Shown here: in pieces, positions 21,211 through 31,558 of the stretch | Layout of the letters: each line of letters opens with the position of its first letter | Position numbering within the stretch: position 1 is the stretch's first letter | NCBI GenBank assembly: GCA_963662315.1 | Contig: OY759353.1 | Location: forward strand, 1,152,001 to 1,216,000 | Direction of reading: 5' to 3' | Length of the DNA stretch: 64,000 nucleotides | From: Geopsychrobacteraceae bacterium | Lineage (GTDB): Bacteria > Desulfobacterota > Desulfuromonadia > Desulfuromonadales > Geopsychrobacteraceae | Notes under the pieces: model-generated | Databases searched by the model: none | The model's input: only the letters and a program-made list of their open reading frames with translations | What the model was told of the DNA's origin: nothing | Position numbers and translations under genes: made by a program

Positions 21211-22923
21211 TCAACGATCTATCAAATCATGAGTATTACTGATTTTCAGAGCACGTTCGACGACCTTCATCCCCTCCCCTGTTTTAGAAAAATACAGATA
21301 GATTAAAACTGTTCTTCCCTGAAAATCGGTCAAATGATGAAAAACTGCCGCACAGTACTGCACCTTTCCGCAGCGTGGTACACCCTCTATTTCACTTTTA
21401 ACCTGTTCCTTCACGTATGCAGTTTCGCTATCAGAAAGATCCAGATCGAAAAAGTCCGGAGCATTGCCCGTCATCAGACGTTCATTCAACGCATAATCAC
21501 GGGCCAGACATTCTCGACCGGCAGCAACGCACGAGGCGGTCAAAGCCGAGCACAAAAAGCGATCAAGTTGTGAGTACAGAGTCTTCAAAGCATGGCTTTG
21601 ACTGTACAATCCCTCTGTACGCCAAAACAGATCAAGAGCTTCCAGAAATTTTGCAGGTCCTGAAAAATAGGAACAAAGGTAGTCCAGAGTTTTAGAAAAA
21701 CGTCCACTGTTAACAAAGATATCCAACAGACGGCCGATCCCGCGCAAGCGCTCAAGGTCGTCAAACGACATGCCACTCGACTTCAAAATTGTGTACGGGG
21801 GCTGAGGGTCGAACGTTATCCCCCAATTAACAGCTTGCTGGCGCAAGGGCGCTCCGGGAAGCAACTTAACAGGTTCAATCTGCAGGTGGTCAGCATCCAA
21901 TTTTAAAATAGCATCGATGGATGTTAAAAACTGGGTGTAAGTTTCATCAGGCAGACCTGCAATAAGATCGAGATGAATATGGATGCGGGTGGAGTCTTTA
22001 AGGCGTCGGATATTTTCAGCCAGTCGTTTCGTTGACGAAATACGGCCAACCTTTTTCAGGGTCTCAGGCAAAGTCGACTGAACGCCGATTTCGAACTGAA
22101 AAACGTCATGGGGGACAGTTTGCAGCACCTTAAGCGTTGCTTCGTCGATGAGATGTGCGCCTATTTCAAAATGAAACTGGCTGGAAATATTGTGTTCAAG
22201 AATATAGGTAAAAATCTCCCGCGCCCTGTTACTATTGTAATTAAAGGTCCGATCAACAAATTTGATCAGTTGAACCCTGGCATTAATCAATATCCTTAAG
22301 TCAGCCTTGATGCGCTCCAGGCTAAACGAGCGCACACACTGATCCAGAGCGCTCATACAGAAACTGCATGAGTATGGACAGCCACGACTGCTCTCATAAT
22401 AGACCAGTCCCTTGTTCAAGCTGACCAGCCCTAATTGAAAAGGAGAAGGGATACTATCAAGATCATCAATCAGACTATTAGCAGCCGCTGGTATCTGACC
22501 AGGAAGATGGAGACCGGGGAAGCGAGTGAGTACGTTCCCCTGCTCCCAGCAGCTTAATACATGACGCAAGGGGAGTTCGCCCTCGCCACGAATCAGGCAA
22601 TCTACCGGGTGAGCAGTAAAAAACGACTCAGCTTCGAATGATACCTCTGGCCCGCCAAGAACAATACGGATATTCGGATTGATCAGCTTTATGCAGGAAA
22701 CAAGTTCAAGGGTAGCGAGACGATTCCATAGGTAAACAGAAAAACCGATGACATCCGGTTCTATCGCAATAATTTGAGCGAGAACAATCTCTTTAGGTTC
22801 ATTAACTGAATATTCGCGGATATGGATATCTGCGCAGACATCCTGGCAAAAAGCCTTAAGATATGGCAATGCCAGACTGGCATGTATATACTTGCTGTGC
22901 AGTGTTGTCAGAAGAACTTTCAT
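21211..22923 (-). CDS. B12-binding radical SAM protein (DUF4080-type C-terminus)
   Basis: IGFSVYLWN, LGGPEVS, GEGE cobalamin domain; SRGCPYSCSFC. Confidence 0.88.
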   Translation of the reverse strand: MKVLLTTLHSKYIHASLALPYLKAFCQDVCADIHIREYSVNEPKEIVLAQIIAIEPDVIGFSVYLWNRLATLELVSCIKLINPNIRIVLGGPEVSFEAESFFTAHPVDCLIRGEGELPLRHVLSCWEQGNVLTRFPGLHLPGQIPAAANSLIDDLDSIPSPFQLGLVSLNKGLVYYESSRGCPYSCSFCMSALDQCVRSFSLERIKADLRILINARVQLIKFVDRTFNYNSNRAREIFTYILEHNISSQFHFEIGAHLIDEATLKVLQTVPHDVFQFEIGVQSTLPETLKKVGRISSTKRLAENIRRLKDSTRIHIHLDLIAGLPDETYTQFLTSIDAILKLDADHLQIEPVKLLPGAPLRQQAVNWGITFDPQPPYTILKSSGMSFDDLERLRGIGRLLDIFVNSGRFSKTLDYLCSYFSGPAKFLEALDLFWRTEGLYSQSHALKTLYSQLDRFLCSALTASCVAAGRECLARDYALNERLMTGNAPDFFDLDLSDSETAYVKEQVKSEIEGVPRCGKVQYCAAVFHHLTDFQGRTVLIYLYFSKTGEGMKVVERALKISNTHDLIDR

Positions 22924-22977
22924 GATTGCATAAATACTCTGCCGTAAGGTTCTATCAACGAAATTGTTACGCTCAGA

Positions 22978-23024
22978 TAAAAACTAGGCAAGCCGTTCCT
23001 GGTAAATAGGGACAGCTTACCTAG
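22978..23024 (-). terminator. Intrinsic terminator after PPIase gene
   Basis: Minus strand CTAGGTAAGCTGTCCCT / AGGAACGGCTTGCCTAG stem with G-U pairs, then TTTTT. Confidence 0.7.
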
Positions 23025-23032
23025 CAGCAGAG

Positions 23033-23458
23033 TTATAAAATTTCAACCAATTCGAGCTCAAAGGTCAGATCTTTTCCAGCCAAAGGATGGTTGGCATCAA
23101 GGACTATTTCATCAGCATTGACGGACGTAACCCGCAGGAACATGACATTTCCATCGGCACCAGGAAAGCGAAATTCCTGCCCTATTTCAGGGGGCTCGCC
23201 ATCACCAAACTGGCTGGTCTCAGTCTTAACAAGCAAATCAGGATTATGCGGTCCATATGCTTCGTCGGCAGGGATGCGAACTTTTTTGTTTTCCCCAAGT
23301 GACATCTGGGCGACAGCCTGATCAAAACCCGGTATGACCTGACCGGTGCCTACAACAAATTCCAAAGGGGCTCCTTCTGGAGATGAGTCAAATACTTCAC
23401 CATCATCAAACACTCCGGTATAAGCCACTTTAACGGTTTTACCTGCTTCTACAGCCAT
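23033..23458 (-). CDS. FKBP-type peptidyl-prolyl isomerase (SlyD/FkpB-like, no His-rich tail)
   Basis: VFDSS, GQVIPGF, EAYG, DANHPLAGKDLTF; ATG 23458 after AGGAGG. Confidence 0.92.
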   Translation of the reverse strand: MAVEAGKTVKVAYTGVFDDGEVFDSSPEGAPLEFVVGTGQVIPGFDQAVAQMSLGENKKVRIPADEAYGPHNPDLLVKTETSQFGDGEPPEIGQEFRFPGADGNVMFLRVTSVNADEIVLDANHPLAGKDLTFELELVEIL

Positions 23459-23743
23459 AACATTCCTCCTGCTGGCAACATTGAATAAAAGGTTTTGTGT
23501 GAAATTGTCCACATAACAGTCAGCACAAAACATCAACCCTTAAAAAGCCTGCCGGTCCGCATGCCCTGTTCCTCTAAGCAAAAACAAGCTCTGAAACGAC
23601 TCTAGCTTAGGGAAGAATGTTGACCATTTCAACCTATTTTCCATCTTTTTTAAGCACGCATTTGAGTAGACCAGTAACAATGATTAATTGTTGTCCTTGT
23701 CGCGTTTATGCTATTCTCCGCCAGCGCGAAAGGACTGATCATA

Positions 23744-25087
23744 ATGAAACAGAAGAAAACATTTTTAACTGTAGTTGCTGATGAAAGCGGGGAAGTCTTT
23801 GAACATCCAGAATTGCTGATGGCCGGAATGAATGGCATGACGGTATGCCAACCTCTGCCGGAAGAAATGATTCCCCTTCCTGAAGGGAGTCGCCTGTTCA
23901 CAATTCCCGGAACCCCCCCTATAGGATTTGACCTGCACAGTGGGAAGCAGAAGATCGTTCCCACCCTTCCTCAACGCTGGGGAGGTGGCAGAATTCAGGC
24001 TGTTTCAGCCTTTACGACCCCGGCCTTTACCCGCACATTACTGCCAGCAGCAGATTATTCACGTAAAAATATTGAATTAACCCTATGGTCTTATACGGCA
24101 GTAGGTTGGTGCGTAGAAGAAGAACGCTTTTATGTCGCGGCTTCACGGGTTGATCGTAACAGGCAGTGGGAGCCACGTCATTTTGATGACCGGGTCCTCG
24201 AACCATTGGTAAGAAAACGCGTTGCCAGCCAACCCGAAAACCGTCTGGTCGAACAGCTGTCCCGTTGTGCTCTTGATTATCATTGTTTTGCCGCAAAAAA
24301 TCTGTTTTTCGGCCGTTGGGAAGCCCCATTACCAAGTTCACCCGCTTGTAATGCCCAATGCCTTGGCTGCATTTCCCTGCAGGAAGAGCCTAAAGCATGT
24401 CAGTCCAGCCAGGACCGTCTCGACTTTGTACCAACGGTACAGGAACTATGTGAGGTTGCGGTCCCCCATTTAAAGACGGCGGAAAATGCGATTGTCTCAT
24501 TTGGACAGGGTTGCGAGGGAGATCCGATTCTGCAAACCGATCACATCTGTAAAGCGGTTCAAGAGATGCGCCGCCAAACCGTGCGGGGGACGATTAATTT
24601 TAACTCCAACGCGTCAATCCCTGATGCCATCGACAAGCTAGCTAAGGCAGGCATTGATTCAATTCGGATTTCCCTCAATTCGGTTCAGGAACGCTTCTAC
24701 ATGGCATACTACCGTCCACGCCATTACCATTTCAATGATGTCATGGAATCGGCACGACGCGCCAAACAGAATGGCCTGTTCACCATGTTCAATTACCTGG
24801 TGTTCCCCGGCATCAGCGACCGCGAAGATGAAGTTACGAAACTGATCGAAACCATTGACAGGCTCGGCATTGACCTGATTCAGATGCGCAATTTGAGCAT
24901 AGACCCACAAATGTACTGGAATGCCATGGGAGCACAAGGTCAGGGAATTGGCATGAAAGCCATGCTTGACCGGGTCAAAAAAGAAATTCCCCGCATTCAG
25001 TTTGGCTATTTTAATCGCACCAAAGAAAACTTTTACCCGGAGGGATACGAAACAGACTGGCCGCTACCAGCCAGCCTGGAAGAATAA
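23744..25087 (+). CDS. Radical SAM protein, function unknown
   Basis: CNAQCLGC motif, SFGQGCEGDP; AAGGA RBS before ATG 23744. Confidence 0.85.
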   Translation: MKQKKTFLTVVADESGEVFEHPELLMAGMNGMTVCQPLPEEMIPLPEGSRLFTIPGTPPIGFDLHSGKQKIVPTLPQRWGGGRIQAVSAFTTPAFTRTLLPAADYSRKNIELTLWSYTAVGWCVEEERFYVAASRVDRNRQWEPRHFDDRVLEPLVRKRVASQPENRLVEQLSRCALDYHCFAAKNLFFGRWEAPLPSSPACNAQCLGCISLQEEPKACQSSQDRLDFVPTVQELCEVAVPHLKTAENAIVSFGQGCEGDPILQTDHICKAVQEMRRQTVRGTINFNSNASIPDAIDKLAKAGIDSIRISLNSVQERFYMAYYRPRHYHFNDVMESARRAKQNGLFTMFNYLVFPGISDREDEVTKLIETIDRLGIDLIQMRNLSIDPQMYWNAMGAQGQGIGMKAMLDRVKKEIPRIQFGYFNRTKENFYPEGYETDWPLPASLEE

Positions 25088-25096
25088 TTTACCTGC

Positions 25097-25669
25097 TCAG
25101 ACGGGTTTTCGAAACTGGCAGAGATAGACATATGGTCCAACCTCTGTAACAGGGCCAGGTTCAAACCCAAGAGGTGAAGCAAGAGCGTTGATATCGTCGG
25201 AGCTGATACGCATTTGTGCTGGCGGTCCCGGGGGACCAGAGAGCTGTTGTTTAAATTCAATAACAGTCAATAAGCCCCCGGGCTTCAAAACCCTGAAAAC
25301 TTCTGAGAACACGGTGAGGCGCTTGTCCGCGGGAATATCATGCAAGGCAGTCGCTAACAGACCGCTATCAAGCCCTTCATTAACAAGCGGCAAACGTTCA
25401 CTGATATCTGCGCAATAGGTTTTGATCCAGTGGATATCACGAGTCCGAGCCTGGTCCTGAAGTTCTGTCAGCCCTTCTGCCCACAGGTCCAGCGCATGAA
25501 TTTTCCCGGTTGCGCCAACCAGATCGGCAGCGGCAAGGCTGTATCGCCCAAAGCCGCACGCAAGATCCAGAAAATGATCCCCTTTTTTGAGACTCAACAA
25601 TTGAACAGTTTGATCCCAATCAACCAAATCAATACTGCTTTTCCCAGCGCCTGCAGGTTTATCCGCCAT
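25097..25669 (-). CDS. Class I SAM-dependent methyltransferase
   Basis: FLDLACGFG motif I, RVLKPGG. Confidence 0.88.
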   Translation of the reverse strand: MADKPAGAGKSSIDLVDWDQTVQLLSLKKGDHFLDLACGFGRYSLAAADLVGATGKIHALDLWAEGLTELQDQARTRDIHWIKTYCADISERLPLVNEGLDSGLLATALHDIPADKRLTVFSEVFRVLKPGGLLTVIEFKQQLSGPPGPPAQMRISSDDINALASPLGFEPGPVTEVGPYVYLCQFRKPV

Positions 25670-25699
25670 TTGAAACCTCCTGTACCCTTTTTTTCGTCA

Positions 25700-26386
25700 T
25701 CACCAGAATTGCCATGATTGGGTCTGCAGAACATACCCCCCCAGAGCCAGGTTCGTGACTCCATGGGCGAGAATACATTGACTCAAACTTCTGGTTTTAT
25801 AAAGAAGCACACAATAAATTGCCCCGGCAACAATCCCGGCCAAGATCAGGTTGTGTTCCAGGCCGAAAAGAACAGAACCGATCACTAAAGAACTGAGAGT
25901 ATAGGTTCCGATTTGAACCTGTGAGAAATCGCTACTGATTATGTAGCGCAGCAAAAAGGAACGCCAGAAAAGTTCTTCCATAACCGGTACCAGAAGTGCC
26001 GCACCGGCAATCCGGAAAGATATCAGCAACCCTCTGGTTAACGGATCGTCAACAAGGGTCGGGTTGAAGCCCTGTGTCTCACCAAAGGAGGCAAATGGCC
26101 AATCCATATTAATCCACAGGATAAAAACAACAACCCCGATGACGAGGCTCAGGCACGTATGTCTCAAATGAAACCAGTCACGTAGATTGATTTCATCATA
26201 ATGGCGCCACAGATAGACCAGAATGGCAGTCACTGTAATAATTTTAATTGGATAGAGAAATAACAGATGCGTTTCGGTCATCCAGCCATACCCCTTATCT
26301 ATGCTCCACTGGACAAGTTGCTGTACAGCTATAAACAGCATAAATACCCCGAACGGGACAATTCTTACCCAGCCAGATTTCGTCAT
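25700..26386 (-). CDS. CAAX prenyl protease-related (CPBP) membrane protein
   Basis: PVMEELFWRSFLLR, FGLEH, HGVTN. Confidence 0.88.
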   Translation of the reverse strand: MTKSGWVRIVPFGVFMLFIAVQQLVQWSIDKGYGWMTETHLLFLYPIKIITVTAILVYLWRHYDEINLRDWFHLRHTCLSLVIGVVVFILWINMDWPFASFGETQGFNPTLVDDPLTRGLLISFRIAGAALLVPVMEELFWRSFLLRYIISSDFSQVQIGTYTLSSLVIGSVLFGLEHNLILAGIVAGAIYCVLLYKTRSLSQCILAHGVTNLALGGYVLQTQSWQFW

Positions 26387-26422
26387 ATTATCCCTCCCAC
26401 ACGGATTATTGCCAGAATGATG

Positions 26423-27007
26423 TCAGTATACAATTTTCCACTGAGCAACCTTGCCTGTCGTTTCAGCCATAAACGCAAAAAAATCATCCTCTAATGACTT
26501 ACGATGCAACTCCAGCTGATCATAGCCTTTGCTTAAACAAACTTTCCCCTCCAGACGCTGTTCCAGACGCATGAGAACTTTCAAAACCGTTTCTGGTTGC
26601 CGATAGGAAAGAAGCCAATTGTGTTGTATCATATGCGGTAACTGACGTTGCAATTCCTGACTTAACAAATCTTGGCAATCAGTGAGCCCTAGATATACAG
26701 ACTCGGCAAAGGCATCCAGTGAGCAGGTAGAAAACTGATCCCAGCAGCAGGCCAGGAAATGATCATAGAACACATCAACCAATACCCCTCTAGCGTGACG
26801 GAAGACCGGATCAAGCTGTCTTCTGCTATTCTGAAAGAATTCACTGGTACGGGTCAAGCCATCAATATAACGGTGAAGCCTTATATGACGAACCAGTTCT
26901 TCCGGCAGGTTGGCAAAACTGCTCCCTTTATGAAAATCGCCCATAAGAGAACCGGCCCACCCAAGGGGGAGCGAATCAGAGAAATAAAGATGAGCAAGAT
27001 AGTTCAT
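26423..27007 (-). CDS. acpH: Acyl carrier protein phosphodiesterase
   Basis: MNYLAHL, GDFHKG, LHRYID, DVFYDHFLA. Confidence 0.85.
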   Translation of the reverse strand: MNYLAHLYFSDSLPLGWAGSLMGDFHKGSSFANLPEELVRHIRLHRYIDGLTRTSEFFQNSRRQLDPVFRHARGVLVDVFYDHFLACCWDQFSTCSLDAFAESVYLGLTDCQDLLSQELQRQLPHMIQHNWLLSYRQPETVLKVLMRLEQRLEGKVCLSKGYDQLELHRKSLEDDFFAFMAETTGKVAQWKIVY

Positions 27008-27025
27008 AAGATCTAAGAACAGGGG

Positions 27026-27058
27026 AAACCGGCCGCATTGAAAAAACAGTGCGACCGG
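27026..27058 (-). terminator. Stem-loop after TPR gene
   Basis: CCGGTCGCACTG-TTTTTT-CAATGCGGCCGG-TTT on minus strand. Confidence 0.5.
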
Positions 27059-27158
27059 CCAGAAAAGTTCAGCAAGAAGTTATAGACAGAAAAAACAGAT
27101 CAACCGTTAATCAGAAACGCAAAGCAATCAGTCCCGTGCATTATCACAGATAAGACGT

Positions 27159-28292
27159 CTAATCGACCAGTCGTTGCTCCACTGCCGGTCGTAAATCTTC
27201 TTTGATTCGGTCATTACGGATTAGAAAAGAAAACAGCTCCTTCATCTCTGCCCCCTGATCAGAGCGCAGGAATCGCTTGACAAGGACATCAAATTGTTCG
27301 GCAGGCTGTTGAGACTGCCTTATCAGTAAATCAAACTTGTCGGCTGCCGCCGTAATATTTTTCTGCACCGTATAGAGACAGATCAATCCAGCGGTGGCAA
27401 AAGGATCGTAACCAAAGGAAAGTGCCTTGTTATAACAGCTGTAGGCCTGATCATGCTCATTAAGGTGAAAATAAGCATCTCCCATCCGGACATACAGGGT
27501 TTGAGTTCCTTCTGAGGTTTCCAGAATACGTATCCAGATTGCAAGGGCTTTTTCATACTGACGATGCCACCGATAACAGTTACCAAGACCATACAATGCA
27601 TAAGGGTTGTCCGGATCAACCGTTAAAGCATGGCGAAAATACTTCTCAGCCTTCTGAAAATCAGTAATACGCCAGCATAGCTTCCCGACAATCGTGAGAA
27701 TGTGCAGTTCATCAGGGTCAAGCTTAAGAATCTTCTCGTAAGTTTCTATGGCTTTTTCATCGTACCCCATACGATGCTGCAAATCAGCCAAGCCTGTCAT
27801 GGCAAAGCGGTCACGTGGATCGATTTTAAGAATCTGGCGATACGCATGTTCAGCACGCTCGTATTGCAGCAAAACTTTGCAACTGTCAGCGATCCGGGTC
27901 ATCACATGTTTGTCCTGAGGACGCAATTTCAGATACGTCTCCCACAGCGCAATCGCGTCCTGATGGCGATTCAATCGCTTATAAACATCCCCCAGACCAC
28001 GTAATGCAAAAAGATTTTTGCCATCGCTTTTTAGCAGAGCGGCATAACACTTTTCTGCCCCTTCAAAATCTTCCGTTTCACGGCACGCATCGCCCATACC
28101 GGAGAGAAGATAAGGATTATCCGGCTCCATCTCCAGACCTTCCTGAAACAGCTCCTTAGCTTCCCGATAACGCCGAGCTTTAAGTTTATTGCGAGCCGAC
28201 TTGGAAATATCGATGACTGAAGGGGCCTTTTTTTCAGTGGAGGAAGCGGGATCGTAAACAGATTTCATAAGCAGCAGTTCCTGCCTTTCCAT
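27159..28292 (-). CDS. Tetratricopeptide-repeat protein
   Basis: About eight 34-aa TPR units (e.g. PDNPYALYGLGNCY). Confidence 0.88.
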   Translation of the reverse strand: MERQELLLMKSVYDPASSTEKKAPSVIDISKSARNKLKARRYREAKELFQEGLEMEPDNPYLLSGMGDACRETEDFEGAEKCYAALLKSDGKNLFALRGLGDVYKRLNRHQDAIALWETYLKLRPQDKHVMTRIADSCKVLLQYERAEHAYRQILKIDPRDRFAMTGLADLQHRMGYDEKAIETYEKILKLDPDELHILTIVGKLCWRITDFQKAEKYFRHALTVDPDNPYALYGLGNCYRWHRQYEKALAIWIRILETSEGTQTLYVRMGDAYFHLNEHDQAYSCYNKALSFGYDPFATAGLICLYTVQKNITAAADKFDLLIRQSQQPAEQFDVLVKRFLRSDQGAEMKELFSFLIRNDRIKEDLRPAVEQRLVD

Positions 28293-28657
28293 TTAATTTA
28301 GCGCATAGGAACAGCGCTGGAAAATAATTCCGGCACTCGTTTTCAAGAAGGAGCAAAGTTAGGCAGCCCTTGAAAAATTCTACAAACCGGTAAATAACAT
28401 CACGAACATATACAACTGCGATCCCTTTTTCAATAACCGGTCACTCATTTCCAATGAAAATGCCGGTAAGTATCCCCCACCACCACAGATACCTCACCAT
28501 CAATATTGTAATCTCAGACAGATAGCCAATGATCACCAAAGATTAAATCATTTTTTAAGGAAACAAACTAAGCAAAAGTAACGACTCATAAATGTTCAGT
28601 CAAAATGGCGAATATGCCTATTTGCAGAACAGATTATCAGCGGTCAGAACAATTCAT

Positions 28658-30067
28658 TTACTTCACTTGGGTTGTGTCAGCGACAGTAGCAGCAATTTGA
28701 CTATTTGTCATGTCCTGAAGCTTGGACTTTTCAAGACGGGCAACCTGTTCCGGCGCAGCGGCATGTTGTTCCAGCAGGGCAAACAAAGGCAAAACTGTCT
28801 GCTTGAACGATTCAAGATGCTCTGGATTAATGGATTTTGCCGCCGGAGCTCTCAAACGGGTCGGATTGACAGGCTCACCATCCTTTTTCATACGAAAACA
28901 TAAATGTGGCCCCGTTGCCATGCCTGTCCCACCAAGATAACCGATAACCTGCCCCTGAGAAACCCTTTTATTAAGCTTCATTCCGCGGGCAAATCCTTTC
29001 ATGTGCAAATAGATGGATCGATAACCATTACTGTGGCGAATTTCTACGAAGTTTCCATTGTATTGCGTAAACCCTATCCGCGAAATTGTTCCATCGCCGA
29101 CAGTCTTAATTGGGGTCCCGACCGGAGCAACATAATCAATAGCCGGATGAGCCTTCCATGTCTTGGAAATCGGATGAAACCGTCGCATGGTAAACCCTGA
29201 CGATATCCTGCTGAAAGAGACCGGTGCTTTCAGGAAAGCTTTGCGGACGTTGTCACCATTCTCATCGTAATAAGAAACACTCCGGTCGCCGTCCTGAAAC
29301 CGGGCAGCACGATAAACCTGCCCCTGGTTAATAAATTCGGCAGCAAGAATATGTCCATAACCTGCTGGTTGCCCTTCACGGAAACGCTTTTCAACCAATA
29401 CCCGAAACGTATCACCAGAGCGGATATCGAGGATAAAATCCACATCCCACTGGAAAATATCGGCAATCATAATCGCCAGAGAAGTATCTTCGCCAATTCC
29501 AACTACGGCATCAAAGAGACTACTGACAATAACTCCGGAAACCAATTCGGTTTCAACCTCGTAAACGATTGGTTGTTTCTCCAGAGTAATTTGATCAGAA
29601 TGACGACTGATAACCAATTGCTCGGTATCGTTGATCTCGTAAATAAAAGAGGAAAACTGTCCATCGCTGGTAATGATCGCATAAGGTTGTCCCGCACAGA
29701 TTTTTGTAAAAGGGAAAATTGCTTTACTACGCTTATCAAGATCAAGGATTTCCTGCGCCGAAAAGTATCCTCCCAAAAGAACTGTTACTGAAGATCCGGC
29801 AGGCACTGTCGCCTTTTGCTTATGAATAACCGGGGCTGGTGGTTCTGGGGGTAGCACCGGATCAATCGCAAGAGGAGTAAACGAAGTAACAGTGGAGTCT
29901 GGAATATCGCGTGCCTCAAGTTCCCGTCCAGGAGAGAATAACCACAGCAGAACTGAAACGGAAACAGCCACCAGAACGACGATATAGATAAATTTTTTCT
30001 TAATAGACTTACGCCTTCCAGAAAAATCTTCTTTGAACGAAGATTGATAATCTCTATCTCTTGTCAT
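28658..30067 (-). CDS. M23 family peptidoglycan DD-endopeptidase (MepM-like)
   Basis: N-terminal TM; HPAIDY, YLHM, ATGPHL; GAGGTG RBS before ATG 30067. Confidence 0.9.
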   Translation of the reverse strand: MTRDRDYQSSFKEDFSGRRKSIKKKFIYIVVLVAVSVSVLLWLFSPGRELEARDIPDSTVTSFTPLAIDPVLPPEPPAPVIHKQKATVPAGSSVTVLLGGYFSAQEILDLDKRSKAIFPFTKICAGQPYAIITSDGQFSSFIYEINDTEQLVISRHSDQITLEKQPIVYEVETELVSGVIVSSLFDAVVGIGEDTSLAIMIADIFQWDVDFILDIRSGDTFRVLVEKRFREGQPAGYGHILAAEFINQGQVYRAARFQDGDRSVSYYDENGDNVRKAFLKAPVSFSRISSGFTMRRFHPISKTWKAHPAIDYVAPVGTPIKTVGDGTISRIGFTQYNGNFVEIRHSNGYRSIYLHMKGFARGMKLNKRVSQGQVIGYLGGTGMATGPHLCFRMKKDGEPVNPTRLRAPAAKSINPEHLESFKQTVLPLFALLEQHAAAPEQVARLEKSKLQDMTNSQIAATVADTTQVK

Positions 30068-30422
30068 GGATTTGCACCTCAAAATTAAAGCTTTCTTAAG
30101 TTATTATTATATAATAACAATGCATAATGGCAATAGAAAATAACCGACAGATTATCCGGCAACACCAAAAGAATCTCACTGTATTCAGTCACGAACTATG
30201 GTTTATTTTATCCCACAGGTATAAATAGGGTTATAATCCATCCGTGTTTCTCTGTAATAAAAACAGGATAAAATGTCTATTTCAATGGACTATTGATAAA
30301 CGAAGATTGCCAAAATTTTCATTTTCAGTCAGCATAAAACGACTCTTCTGAGCAGTATTGCAACCTCAGAGACAAGCTGTTTATTGTTTTAACGACATCT
30401 TATAAAATTCAAGGATTACCAA

Positions 30423-31556
30423 ATGATCAACCGCCAAAGAATCTGCGATGAATTTGCACGCCTGGCTGCTATTGACAGTCCATCCTTTTCAGAAGCTGCA
30501 ATAGCAGAATATCTCGAACAACGCTTCAAAGAACTGGGAGCATCTATAGAATTTGATGAGGCTGGAGCAGCTATCGGCAGCAACAGCAACAATATGATTG
30601 CCCGCATCCCAGGGACCAAAGAGGGAGAACCATTTATCCTCTCCGGTCACATGGATACGGTCACTCCAGCTGACAATGTCCAGCCGATCTTGAAAGATGG
30701 TGTTTTCACAAGTGCAGGCGACACCATCCTCGGCTCTGATGATAAAGCGGGGCTTACCGAAATTATTGAAGCCATTGAAGTCCTGCGCGAGCAGAACATC
30801 CCCCATGTGGATCTTGAAATTGTTGTTACCATCTGCGAAGAACAAGGCTTGCTGGGTGCAAAACACTTCGATTACAAAAAGCTAAAAGGAAAACGTGGTG
30901 TTGCTCTTGATACAAGTGGCATCGATATTATTATCAACAAGGCACCATCAGCCAACCGTTTCAAGATTGACATTTTCGGTCATGAAGCGCATGCCGGAAT
31001 CTGCCCTGAACAGGGCATGTCAGCAATCAAGATAGCAGCCAACGCTATCGCCCGCTTAGAGCTTGGCCGGATCGATTCTGAGACAACGGCCAATATCGGC
31101 TTAATTCAAGGTGGCCAGGCCATCAATATCATTCCAAAATTTGTTACCTTGCAGGGAGAGGTGCGCAGCCACAACCCGGATACATTGCGCAAAAAGACAG
31201 AAGAGATTATTCGCATCGTCGAAGAAGAAGTCATGCAGGCATCGGTTGAAAATAACGCCAGCGGCAAACAGGCTTCAATGGCCATGGAATTAAGTGAAGA
31301 TTATCCGGCGATGCAGGTCAGCAATGACGCCGGAATAATCCAGCTCCTGCTGGAAGCAGGGCAAAAGTTGCAGCGACCTTTGCAAATTCGCTCAGCCGGC
31401 GGAGGTTCTGACGCCAACATATTTAATGCAAACGGCATTGAAATGGTTATTCTGGCCTGCGGGATGGACAAGGTCCATACCGTACATGAACAGGTTAAAG
31501 TAGCCGATATGGAAGCAGTCAGCGCATTACTGGTCGAAACTCTGAAAAAGGCCTGA
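30423..31556 (+). CDS. M20 family peptidase T-like metallohydrolase
   Basis: GHMDTV, GSDDKAG, EEQGL, GGGSDAN, VHTVHE. Confidence 0.9.
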   Translation: MINRQRICDEFARLAAIDSPSFSEAAIAEYLEQRFKELGASIEFDEAGAAIGSNSNNMIARIPGTKEGEPFILSGHMDTVTPADNVQPILKDGVFTSAGDTILGSDDKAGLTEIIEAIEVLREQNIPHVDLEIVVTICEEQGLLGAKHFDYKKLKGKRGVALDTSGIDIIINKAPSANRFKIDIFGHEAHAGICPEQGMSAIKIAANAIARLELGRIDSETTANIGLIQGGQAINIIPKFVTLQGEVRSHNPDTLRKKTEEIIRIVEEEVMQASVENNASGKQASMAMELSEDYPAMQVSNDAGIIQLLLEAGQKLQRPLQIRSAGGGSDANIFNANGIEMVILACGMDKVHTVHEQVKVADMEAVSALLVETLKKA

Positions 31557-31558
31557 AC

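Noticed and set aside
30208..30218. DnaA-box-like TTATCCCACA in an AT-rich spacer
   Set aside because: Single imperfect copy, no oriC context
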